Shown here one piece after another: positions 41,120 to 49,561 of a DNA stretch of 64,000 bases (its first letter is position 1; every line of letters begins with the position of its first letter). The DNA lies in NCBI GenBank assembly GCA_963668445.1, contig OY764335.1:216270-280269 (forward strand). Reading direction: 5' to 3'. A program made the translations under genes and the position numbers. The notes beneath the pieces were generated by a model. It made no database searches, had not been told where the DNA came from, and saw nothing but the letters and a program-made list of their open reading frames with translations. Source of the DNA: an uncultured candidatus Porisulfidus sp. Lineage in GTDB: Bacteria; Pseudomonadota; Gammaproteobacteria; Poriferisulfidales; Poriferisulfidaceae.

Positions 41120-42850
41120 TCAGGCTTGGTTCATGGCTTCCACCTTGTCGCGGATCTGTTCCGGTTGTTCGCACTGGAGGATGTCCGCGCATCGCGCGCG
41201 CACGGCTTCGGCCGAGGTGCTGGTGATGATGTGCTTGATTTCGAGCAGGACGTTCGGATGCGTGCTGAACTCGCGCAGGCCAAGGCCGAGCAGCAGGCGC
41301 GTCAGGTTCGGCGCGCTGGCCATTTCGCCGCACATGCTGACCGGGGTCCGGGTGCGTTCGCCGGCTTGGATGGTGTGGTGGATCAGGTGCAGGATGGCCG
41401 GGTGCAGCGGGTCGAACAGGTAGTTGACCTGATCGTCCACCCGGTCGATGGCCAGCGTGTACTGGATTAGGTCGTTGGTGCCGATGGACAGGAAGTCGAG
41501 CTGCTGGGCGAACAGTTCGGCGCAGATGGCGGCGGCCGGCACTTCGATCATGCCGCCGAGGCGGATGTTGGGGTCGTAGGGGATGTCCTCGCGGCTCAGC
41601 TGTTCCTTGCACTGGTTGAGCAGGATGACGCTCTGCGACAGTTCGGCGATATTGGTGAGCATGGGCAGCATGATTTCGATGGGGCCGTGCGCGGAGGCGC
41701 GCAGGATCGCGCGCAATTGCGCGAGGAAGTTCGGCTTGTCCTGCAGCGAACGGCGAATGGCGCGCAGGCCCAGCGCCGGGTTCGGCGCGACTGCGCCCTC
41801 GTACTCCGGGTCGAATTCCTTGTCGGCGCCTAGGTCGAGGGTGCGGATGGTCAGCGGCTTGCCGTCCAGCGCCAGCGCCAGATCGCGGTAGGTTTCGTAC
41901 TGCTCGTCGCTGCTGGCGCCGCCCTGCTCGCGGTTGAGGTAGAAGAACTCCGTGCGGTACAGGCCGACCCCGTCGCTGCCGACTTCGTGCACCTCGGAGA
42001 CCTCCTCCACTAGGTCGACATTGCATTTCAGCGTGATGGGGTGCCGGTCGCGGGTGATGGCGGGCTTCTGGCGCAGTTGCATGAGGCTTTCTTCGCGCTC
42101 TTGCTCCTCGCGCTGGTATTCGCGGTACTGGTCGATCAGCCAGTCGTCGGTGGCCGACAGTACGGTGCCGCCGCGGCCGTCCACCAGCAGCAGATCGCCG
42201 TCGCGCAGGAATTCGCTGGAGTTGTGGATGCCGACGATGGCCGGGATGCCTAGGCTGCGCGCCAGAATGGCAGTGTGCGACATGGGGCTGCCGAGCGCGG
42301 TGATGAAAGCGGCGATGTTCTGGTTCTGCAGTTCGACGGTGTCGGCCGGGGTCAGATCGTCCGCCACCACGATGCGGCCGGTCAGGTCGCGCTCCGGGCC
42401 GTCCTCCGCGTCCGTCGCCAGATTCTTTTGGATCTTTTGGATGACCTGTTCCACGTCGTTGCGACGCGTGCGCAGGTAGGCGTCGTCCATCTGTTCGAAG
42501 ACGGCGGTCAGTTGCTCCATGGTCTGCTGCAGAGCCCATTCGGCGTTGCAGCGTTCGGTGCGGATCAGGGTGGCGGGCGTTTCGGTGAGGAGGACATCGT
42601 CGAGCATCAGCAGGTGCGAGTCGATGAAGCTGCCGATCTCCTCGCGCATGGTGGCCGGCACCAGTTCGCGAGTCTTTTGCAATTGCTGCTTCGCATCCTC
42701 GTGCGCCTGCTTGAGGCGGGCGATTTCCGGTTCGATCTCGTCGTCGCCGAGCGTCTGTTTCACGATGTTGGTCAAGCCATGGCGGAGCACGCAGGCCGGG
42801 CCTTGGGCGACGCCGCGGGCGACGCCGATGCCGTTGACGATCATGGGCAT
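41120..42850 (-). CDS. ptsI: PTS enzyme I
   Basis: SHTAILAR, GLYRTEF, IRTLDLGADK, SIGTNDL, MCGEMA. Confidence 0.96.
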   Translation of the reverse strand: MPMIVNGIGVARGVAQGPACVLRHGLTNIVKQTLGDDEIEPEIARLKQAHEDAKQQLQKTRELVPATMREEIGSFIDSHLLMLDDVLLTETPATLIRTERCNAEWALQQTMEQLTAVFEQMDDAYLRTRRNDVEQVIQKIQKNLATDAEDGPERDLTGRIVVADDLTPADTVELQNQNIAAFITALGSPMSHTAILARSLGIPAIVGIHNSSEFLRDGDLLLVDGRGGTVLSATDDWLIDQYREYQREEQEREESLMQLRQKPAITRDRHPITLKCNVDLVEEVSEVHEVGSDGVGLYRTEFFYLNREQGGASSDEQYETYRDLALALDGKPLTIRTLDLGADKEFDPEYEGAVAPNPALGLRAIRRSLQDKPNFLAQLRAILRASAHGPIEIMLPMLTNIAELSQSVILLNQCKEQLSREDIPYDPNIRLGGMIEVPAAAICAELFAQQLDFLSIGTNDLIQYTLAIDRVDDQVNYLFDPLHPAILHLIHHTIQAGERTRTPVSMCGEMASAPNLTRLLLGLGLREFSTHPNVLLEIKHIITSTSAEAVRARCADILQCEQPEQIRDKVEAMNQA

Positions 42851-43122
42851 GGCACAGCGCCCTCCCCGAAGCCGCTTTGGAACAGTTCCAGCAGGGCCTG
42901 CATGGCCTCCTGCTCTTGCTCGCCGCTGACGAACAGGCGTACTTGGGTGCCATGCGTCGCGGCCAGCATCATCACGCTGATGACGCTTTTGGCGTTGGCC
43001 CGCTGTCCGGCTTTTTCGATTTCGATCAGGGCCTGGAAGGAGCTGGCGGTGCGCACCAGTTTGGCGGCGGCGCGGGCGTGCAGGCCCAGTTTGTTGACGA
43101 CCGTCGTGGTTTCTTCAATCAT
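42841..43122 (-). CDS. ptsH: HPr/NPr phosphocarrier
   Basis: GLHARAAAKLV, NAKS. Confidence 0.93.
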   Translation of the reverse strand: MIEETTTVVNKLGLHARAAAKLVRTASSFQALIEIEKAGQRANAKSVISVMMLAATHGTQVRLFVSGEQEQEAMQALLELFQSGFGEGAVPCP

Positions 43123-43525
43123 GCGATTCTCCTACTTCGATGATGGCGCCCATGCGCGCGTTGGATGCGAGGCTTTCGGCCAGTTGCGAGCGGCTGTGGC
43201 GCTGCATGTTGAACAGGTTCACGACCATGGGCAGATTGACGCCGGATATGAGCGTGGTGTCCGGATGGGCCAGCAGCATCCGCCGGGACAGGTTGTAGGG
43301 CGTGGCGCCGTACAGATCCGTCAAAATCAGCAGGCCGTCGGCGCAATCCATCGAGGCGCGCAGTTCCTGCAGTTCGGCGAAGGCCGCATCCGGGTCGTAG
43401 TCGTCGCGCATGCCGTAGCAGGCGAGGTTTTCGGGCACCGTGGCGAAAATCATGGAGGCGACCTCCACCAATTGTTGGCCCAGTCCTCGATGCGTGATGA
43501 TCAGGACGCCGATGCTCATGGGCAT
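43115..43525 (-). CDS. PTS mannose/fructose-type EIIA
   Basis: LIITH, LTDLYGATPYN, SGVNLPM. Confidence 0.9.
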   Translation of the reverse strand: MPMSIGVLIITHRGLGQQLVEVASMIFATVPENLACYGMRDDYDPDAAFAELQELRASMDCADGLLILTDLYGATPYNLSRRMLLAHPDTTLISGVNLPMVVNLFNMQRHSRSQLAESLASNARMGAIIEVGESHD

Positions 43526-44379
43526 GCCTCAAGATCGCGATGGCGCACCGTCAGGCGTAGCGAAGCGTCGTCGAGGAGGCGGCGCAGTTGTTCGACCAGA
43601 TATACGGAGCGGTGCTGTCCTCCAGTGCAGCCGATGGAAATGTTCAGGTAGTAGCGGCCGGCCTTGACGAAGGCCGGAATCCATCCGGTCAGCAGTCGGT
43701 GCAGCTCGGCCAGCATGGCGGCGGCTTCCGGCTGCGCGTCCAGATAGTCGCGCACGGCGGGGTCGGTGCCGCGCAGCGGGCGCAGTTCGGGCGTCCAGTG
43801 CGGATTCGGAAGGCAGCGTGCGTCGAACACGAAATCCGAATCGCCGGGCACGCCGTGCCGGTAGGCGAAGGATTGCAGCAGCACCGACATTGGTGCCCGG
43901 TCCAAATGCAGGCGCTGGTGCAGCAATGCCCGCAGTTCGTGGACGTTGGTGCGGGAGGTGTCCAGCCGCAGGTCGGCGAGGGTGGCGATGGGTGCCAGGC
44001 AGTCGCGTTCCTGCTGCACCGCCCGGGGCAGGTCGCCCGTCTGAGCGGCCAGCGGGTGGCGGCGGCGGGTGTCGCTGAAGCGGCGTATCAGCGTGTCCTG
44101 GTCGGCATCCAGAAACACGACCGTGGACTCGCACGGAAGTTGCCGCAGTTGCGCAAGAATGTCCGGGAAGCGCTCCAGATCGGCCGGCAGGGCGCGGGCA
44201 TCTACGCCGATGGCGGCCTGCCGGGGGTAGTCGGAGTCCGGCCGCAGCAGCAGGCGGGCGTATTCCGGGAGCATGGCGAGCGGCATGTTGTCGACGCAGT
44301 GGGCGCCGTGGTCTTCCAGCGTGTCCAGAGCGACCGACTTGCCGGAGCCGGAAAGGCCGCTGACGATGATCAGGTGCAT
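43516..44379 (-). CDS. rapZ: RNase adapter RapZ
   Basis: SGLSGSGKS, TRRRHPL, LPNPHW, IGCTGGQHRSV. Confidence 0.96.
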   Translation of the reverse strand: MHLIIVSGLSGSGKSVALDTLEDHGAHCVDNMPLAMLPEYARLLLRPDSDYPRQAAIGVDARALPADLERFPDILAQLRQLPCESTVVFLDADQDTLIRRFSDTRRRHPLAAQTGDLPRAVQQERDCLAPIATLADLRLDTSRTNVHELRALLHQRLHLDRAPMSVLLQSFAYRHGVPGDSDFVFDARCLPNPHWTPELRPLRGTDPAVRDYLDAQPEAAAMLAELHRLLTGWIPAFVKAGRYYLNISIGCTGGQHRSVYLVEQLRRLLDDASLRLTVRHRDLEACP

Positions 44380-44383
44380 GGCG

Positions 44384-44836
44384 TCAGGCTGCGGCCAGAG
44401 CGGCCATCAACTGCTCGGGATTGCGGCTGGCGCGCAACATCTGCAGGTTTTCCGGCGCTTGCAGGAAAGCCGCGAGTTCGGCCAGGTATTGGAGATGTTG
44501 TTCGTGTGCTTCCTGCGGGACGGCCAGCGCGATGAACACGTCCACCGGGGCGCCGTCCGGGGCGTCGAACGGCACGCCTTGCGTCAGAGTCAGGATGGCG
44601 GCGGCGCTACCGGTCGTGACGGAGATGCGGCAGTGCGGGATGGCCACGCCGCCGCCCATGGCAGTGCTGCCGAGCTGCTCGCGGTCGGTCAGGAGCTCCA
44701 GCAGCAGGTCGGAGTCGATGGCTTCCAAGCTTTCGGACAGTGCATTGCCCAGCACTTCCAGCGCGCGCTTCTTGCTTTGGATATTCCGCAGCAGCAGGAG
44801 ACTGCCGGGCCGCAGCAGTGTGACGATGCCTTGCAT
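44384..44836 (-). CDS. ptsN: PTS EIIA(Ntr)
   Basis: SKKRALE, REQLGST, GVAIPHCR, FDAPD. Confidence 0.93.
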   Translation of the reverse strand: MQGIVTLLRPGSLLLLRNIQSKKRALEVLGNALSESLEAIDSDLLLELLTDREQLGSTAMGGGVAIPHCRISVTTGSAAAILTLTQGVPFDAPDGAPVDVFIALAVPQEAHEQHLQYLAELAAFLQAPENLQMLRASRNPEQLMAALAAA

Positions 44837-44843
44837 GCGGGCC

Positions 44844-45164
44844 TCAGCTCAGTTGGTGGTGGGTCACCTGGTCTTGATGATGGTCTTTGCGCTTTTCCTT
44901 GTATTTGAGCAGTTGTCGGTCGAGCTTGCCGACCAGCAGATCGATCGCGGCATACATGTCGCTGTGCTTGGCGTGCGCATGCACGTGGTGGCTGCGGACA
45001 TGCAGCGTGGCTTCGGCGCAGTGGGTGTCGTGTTCGACGGACAGGGTAACTTGGCTGGCGAGCACATCCTCGACATGGCGGGTGAGGCGCTTGAGCTTGG
45101 TCTGGATGTAGTCGCGGATGGGGTCGGTGACATCAAGGTGGTGGCCGGTGATTTTCAGGTTCAT
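44844..45164 (-). CDS. hpf: Ribosome hibernation promoting factor
   Basis: ITGHHLDVT, DMYAAID, KLDRQL. Confidence 0.94.
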   Translation of the reverse strand: MNLKITGHHLDVTDPIRDYIQTKLKRLTRHVEDVLASQVTLSVEHDTHCAEATLHVRSHHVHAHAKHSDMYAAIDLLVGKLDRQLLKYKEKRKDHHQDQVTHHQLS

Positions 45165-45248
45165 AAGCAAGTTCCCCGCAAGATTTGAATCTATTATATA
45201 TGGGCACGGGCCGCGCGCAGCGGCAGGCAGCGTCAGCCGGGCGGCTCC

Positions 45249-45971
45249 TCACAGGCGGAAATCCGCGCCCAAATAGGCATCGCGCACGTTCGGGTCGTCG
45301 AGAATTTCGGCAGGCGTGCCGTCGGCGATGATGCGGCTGTCGGACAGGATGTAGGCGCGGTCGCAGATGCTCAGCGTTTCACGCACGTTGTGGTCGGTGA
45401 TGATGATGCCGATGCCATGCGTGCGCAGCCGTAGGATGATGCCCTTGAGGTCGGCCACATGCAGAGGGTCGATGCCTGCGAACGGTTCGTCCAGCAGGAT
45501 GAAGGACGGTTCGGCGGCCAGCGCCCGGGCGATTTCGACGCGCCGCCGTTCGCCGCCGGACAGCGAGAAGCCGCGGCTGTGGCGCACGGCTTCGATCGAG
45601 AGCTCATGTAGCAGCTCCTCCAGACGCTCCTGCCGCCAGGCAAGCGGGCGCGGCAACTGTTCCAGTGCTGCCCGCACGTTGTCTTCGACGGTCAGGCGGC
45701 GGAATATGGAAGGTTCTTGCGGCAGATAGCCGAGGCCGAGGCGGGCGCGGCGGCTCATGGGCAGGCAGGTGAGGTCGCGGTCGTCCAGAAGGACCCGTCC
45801 CCGGTCGCACGCGACGAGTCCGGCGATCATGTAGAAGCAGGTGGTCTTGCCCGCGCCGTTCGGGCCGAGCAGCCCGACGATTTCGTGGTCCTGGGCGGCC
45901 AGCGTGACATCGGCGACCACGCGGTGCCGGCGGTAGGACTTGGACAGGCCGAGCGCCATCAGTTCGGCCAT
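45249..45971 (-). CDS. lptB: LPS export ABC ATPase
   Basis: [37 protein letters not shown]. Confidence 0.96.
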   Translation of the reverse strand: MAELMALGLSKSYRRHRVVADVTLAAQDHEIVGLLGPNGAGKTTCFYMIAGLVACDRGRVLLDDRDLTCLPMSRRARLGLGYLPQEPSIFRRLTVEDNVRAALEQLPRPLAWRQERLEELLHELSIEAVRHSRGFSLSGGERRRVEIARALAAEPSFILLDEPFAGIDPLHVADLKGIILRLRTHGIGIIITDHNVRETLSICDRAYILSDSRIIADGTPAEILDDPNVRDAYLGADFRL

Positions 45972-47020
45972 TACTGGGGCTCCGTGTGCAAGTGGAGCCG
46001 GACGCGGCTTGGCGTCGACTGGCCCGAACTGGTCTCCAAGCGCTCTTCATCCAGAAGATAGACCAGATGTTCTCCCGCGAAGGAATGCTTGCCGACCGTC
46101 ATGCGGACATCTTTTCTGAGAATGGCCCGCCGGGTCTGGAATTGGTAGTAGATGCTGCCGGCCCGGGCGCGCAGCGGCTTGCCGGAGTCCAGCGTCTGGG
46201 TCCAGACGGCATTGCCTTCGGCGTGCAGGACTTGCACCCGATGCTCGTTGGCGTGCGCCGTGACCTTGTCGGCATGCAGCACCATCGTGTCCAGCGAGGC
46301 ACGCACGTTGCCGTGGTAGACGTATACGCGCTGGCGGGCATCCCAGGACATCCGGTCGGCGGTGAGATCCAAGGTTTCAGCCGGCGGCTCCTGTGCATGG
46401 GCGGCGCCGAAGGCGCGATTCAAAACCTGCGTGAGCAAGCCGTACGTCGGCGGTTGGACGGGGGCCGGAAACTGGCGTGCGTGCACATCGCGTTCCAATG
46501 CTCCGGCGGTTGCGTCAAGCCGGTACTGCAGGCCGGAGCCGCGCATAGCTGCATCGGCTTGGGCAAGCGATACTGTTGCGGTGCTGCGAATCTTCTGCTG
46601 AGCCGTATCCAGAACGAGGGAGGAGCCGCGCAGAAGGGTGGGGGCATGGTGCGTCGGCGCGAGCAGAATCTCCACCTCGTCGTGCAGGGCAATCTGCAGT
46701 TTGCGTATCTCGCCGTGCCGGGCGCGCGCCCAAGAGTCCTTGAAGTCGGGTTCCAGCCACTGCACTTGCGGTGCTTGCACGCGGACGCGCTGGTCGTCGA
46801 CGTACTGGTCCAATTGCGCGGCGGACACTTTGTACAGAGGCCCGCCTTGCGCATCGCGCATCCAGTAATGCACATCGGTATAGCTGCTGTCGGCATCGGC
46901 ACGGCCGACTTCCTGCATCGGCCGGTCGGTCGCGGCCGGTGCCGGCAGCACGATGCCAAAGGCCAGCAAGGCCGCCAGCAGGCGGCGCGTTCCGCAGGCA
47001 TGGAGAAGCCTTTTCAGCAT
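45971..47020 (-). CDS. Fused LptC-LptA LPS transport protein
   Basis: Single frame between kdsC and lptB; LptC-like half ([17 protein letters not shown]) and LptA-like half (LTAD..YHGNV..LHADKV..AEGN..GEHLVY..RVRL). Confidence 0.8.
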   Translation of the reverse strand: MLKRLLHACGTRRLLAALLAFGIVLPAPAATDRPMQEVGRADADSSYTDVHYWMRDAQGGPLYKVSAAQLDQYVDDQRVRVQAPQVQWLEPDFKDSWARARHGEIRKLQIALHDEVEILLAPTHHAPTLLRGSSLVLDTAQQKIRSTATVSLAQADAAMRGSGLQYRLDATAGALERDVHARQFPAPVQPPTYGLLTQVLNRAFGAAHAQEPPAETLDLTADRMSWDARQRVYVYHGNVRASLDTMVLHADKVTAHANEHRVQVLHAEGNAVWTQTLDSGKPLRARAGSIYYQFQTRRAILRKDVRMTVGKHSFAGEHLVYLLDEERLETSSGQSTPSRVRLHLHTEPQ

Positions 47021-47487
47021 GCCTGCAAGATCCAGTCGCAGACGTCGCGCACCGCGCCCCGTCCGCCCGGGTTGGGCGTGACCCAGTCGGCAGCAGCACG
47101 GGCGGGCGGGCGGGCGTCCGCCACCGCGACGCCGAATCCGGCGGCTTCGAGCAGCGGCACATCGGCAAGATCGTCGCCGACGCAGACGACATGCTCCCAC
47201 GGGCAGCGCAAGCGTTCCAGCAGGGCTTCGGCGGCGGCCGGCTTGTCGTCGCAGCCCAGCAGAATTTCCCGGATGCCCAGTTCGTGCAGCCGCTGCTGCA
47301 CCATGGCGCCGGCGCGGGCGCTGATGACGGCGACCTGGATGCCGGCGGCCAGCGCCAGCACCAGTCCTTGGCCGTCGTGCACATGGAAGCATTTCGCTTC
47401 GGTGCCGTCTTCGGACAAGTACAGGCGGCCGTCGGTCAGAACGCCGTCCACGTCCAGCAGCAGGAGTTTGACATCCGCAGGATTCAT
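47014..47487 (-). CDS. kdsC: KDO8P phosphatase
   Basis: LDVDGVLTDG, VGDDLAD, GGRGAVR. Confidence 0.95.
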   Translation of the reverse strand: MNPADVKLLLLDVDGVLTDGRLYLSEDGTEAKCFHVHDGQGLVLALAAGIQVAVISARAGAMVQQRLHELGIREILLGCDDKPAAAEALLERLRCPWEHVVCVGDDLADVPLLEAAGFGVAVADARPPARAAADWVTPNPGGRGAVRDVCDWILQAC

Positions 47488-48464
47488 CGGATGCCGGCCG
47501 CGACCAGATCGTGCATGTTGAGGGCGCCGACCAATTCCCCGTCCTGCACGACGGGCATGGCGTTGAAGCGTCCGTCGCGCATGCGGTGCAGGATGTCCAC
47601 GGCCAGTTCGTCCGGCGCGGCCGTTTGGAAATGGCGCGTCATGACTTGTGCGATGGGCGTGCGGTGGATGTCGACGGCTTCCGCCAGGCTGCGGCGCAGG
47701 TCGCCGTCCGTGAAGACGCCGACCAGCCGTCCGTCCGGGTCCAGCACGGTGGTCATGCCGAGGCCTTTTTCGGAGATTTCCGGCAGGGCATCGCGCAGCA
47801 GTGCGTCGGCGGCGACGCGGGGGATGCGGGCGCCGCTGCGCATCACGTCGCGAGCGGTGGTCAGCAGTCGCCGGCCCAAATTGCCGCCGGGGTGCGTGTG
47901 CGCGAAGTCTTCCGCTTGGAAGCCGTGGACATGCATCAGCGCGACGGCCAGCGCGTCGCCCATGGCCAGTGCGGCGGTGGTGCTGGAGGTGGGGGCGAGG
48001 TTGAGCGGGCAGGCTTCGCGTGCGACCTGGACGTCGAGATGCAGGTCGGCCTTGGCGGCGAGCGTCGAGTCGTTCTGCCCAGTCATGGCGATGACCGGGA
48101 CGCCGGTTCCCCGCAGCCGGGGTATCAGACTCAGGAGTTCGGGCGTTTCGCCGGAATTCGACAGGGCCAGCACGATGTCGCCGCGGGTGATCATGCCGAG
48201 GTCGCCGTGGCTGGCCTCGGCCGGATGCACGAAGAAGGCCGGGCTGCCGGTGCTGGCGAAGGTGGCGGCGATTTTTTGGGCGATGTGGCCGGACTTGCCC
48301 ATGCCGATGACGATGATGCGCCCGGCGCAGCTGCCGAGCATGCGGCAGCAGTCCGCGAAGTTGGCGCCGACGCGGTCGGCGAGGGCGCGCACCGCGTCCG
48401 CTTCCAGCCGCAGCACGTCGCGTGCGGCGGCCAGGATGTCCGGGGTTTCGTTCGTTTCGGTCAT
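47484..48464 (-). CDS. kdsD: Arabinose-5-phosphate isomerase
   Basis: GMGKSGH, HPAEASHGDLG, LAPTSSTT, CBS pair. Confidence 0.96.
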   Translation of the reverse strand: MTETNETPDILAAARDVLRLEADAVRALADRVGANFADCCRMLGSCAGRIIVIGMGKSGHIAQKIAATFASTGSPAFFVHPAEASHGDLGMITRGDIVLALSNSGETPELLSLIPRLRGTGVPVIAMTGQNDSTLAAKADLHLDVQVAREACPLNLAPTSSTTAALAMGDALAVALMHVHGFQAEDFAHTHPGGNLGRRLLTTARDVMRSGARIPRVAADALLRDALPEISEKGLGMTTVLDPDGRLVGVFTDGDLRRSLAEAVDIHRTPIAQVMTRHFQTAAPDELAVDILHRMRDGRFNAMPVVQDGELVGALNMHDLVAAGIR

Positions 48465-49411
48465 GCGGAAGAAGCCAGCATCCGTTCGGCAGCCCATCCC
48501 AAATACGCTATATAGCACAGAAGCAGGGCGCCGGCGCCGGCGCGGCCGAGCCGCAGGCGGCCGCCGTACAGCAATAGGGCGGCTAGCAGCAGGGTTAGCG
48601 CCGCCATGGTCAGGCCGTCGAACCGCAGCGTCGGCGCGACGGAGAACGGGCGGATGGCGGCCGGAAGGCCGACGACGCCCAGAGTGTTGAATAGATTGGA
48701 GCCGACGACGTTGCCGAGGATCAAGGCGCCGCTTTCAGGATGCCGCAGCGCGGCCAGCGCGGCGGCGAGTTCCGGCAGCGAGGTGCCGATGGCAACCAGC
48801 GTCAGGCCGATAAGCATCTCGTCGATGCCCAAGGCGCGCGCCAGTCCGACGGCGCCCCAGACCAGCACCCAGGCGCTGGCCAGAAGGACGGCGAGCCCGA
48901 ACAGGGTGATGGCGAAGGCCGAGGGAAGCGCATAGGCGGGTTCGGCCGCCGCCGCACCCGATGCCTGTCGGCGGCGGGCCGACCAGAAGATGATGGCGAG
49001 CAGAGCCGCGAGCAGAGCGAATCCTTCGACGCGGCTGAGCGCCAGGTCGGCGAGCGCCAGGAACACGCCGGCGGTGCCCAGGAGAATCAGCGGCAGGTCG
49101 TAGCGGAGCAAGCCGGGTTCGGCCTGCAGGGGCCGCACGAGGGCGGCGATGCCGAGGATCATGGCGATGTTGGCAATGTTGGAGCCGAAGGCGTTGCCGA
49201 TGGCCATGCCGCCGCTGCCGCGGGCGGCGGCTGTCGCCGAAACGACCAGCTCCGGCAGGCTGGTGCCGAAGCCCAGCACGATGATGCCGATGGTGAAGGC
49301 CGAGACGCGCAGCTGGCGGGCCAGCGCCGTCGCGCCGTCGATCAGCTGGCTGGCGCTCCAGGCCAGAGCCGCGAAGCCGCCGGCGATGGCGAAAAGGTAG
49401 AGCGGAAGCAT
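48461..49411 (-). CDS. yrbG: Ca2+/Na+ antiporter (YrbG family)
   Basis: Two GTSLPEL repeats; GSNIAN and GSNLFN. Confidence 0.92.
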   Translation of the reverse strand: MLPLYLFAIAGGFAALAWSASQLIDGATALARQLRVSAFTIGIIVLGFGTSLPELVVSATAAARGSGGMAIGNAFGSNIANIAMILGIAALVRPLQAEPGLLRYDLPLILLGTAGVFLALADLALSRVEGFALLAALLAIIFWSARRRQASGAAAAEPAYALPSAFAITLFGLAVLLASAWVLVWGAVGLARALGIDEMLIGLTLVAIGTSLPELAAALAALRHPESGALILGNVVGSNLFNTLGVVGLPAAIRPFSVAPTLRFDGLTMAALTLLLAALLLYGGRLRLGRAGAGALLLCYIAYLGWAAERMLASSA

Positions 49412-49561
49412 GGGAGTCGGGCGATGCGGCGGTCTCGCAAGGCCTGATGTGGCGGCGTGCGCCGCGGAAGGCTCCGGAGTAATGGCGGTAGACAAATTAT
49501 AATAGGGGTAGAGTGCGGCTCGTCCGCCGCGCCGAAGATCGCGACCGTACAGAAGCCTTCC

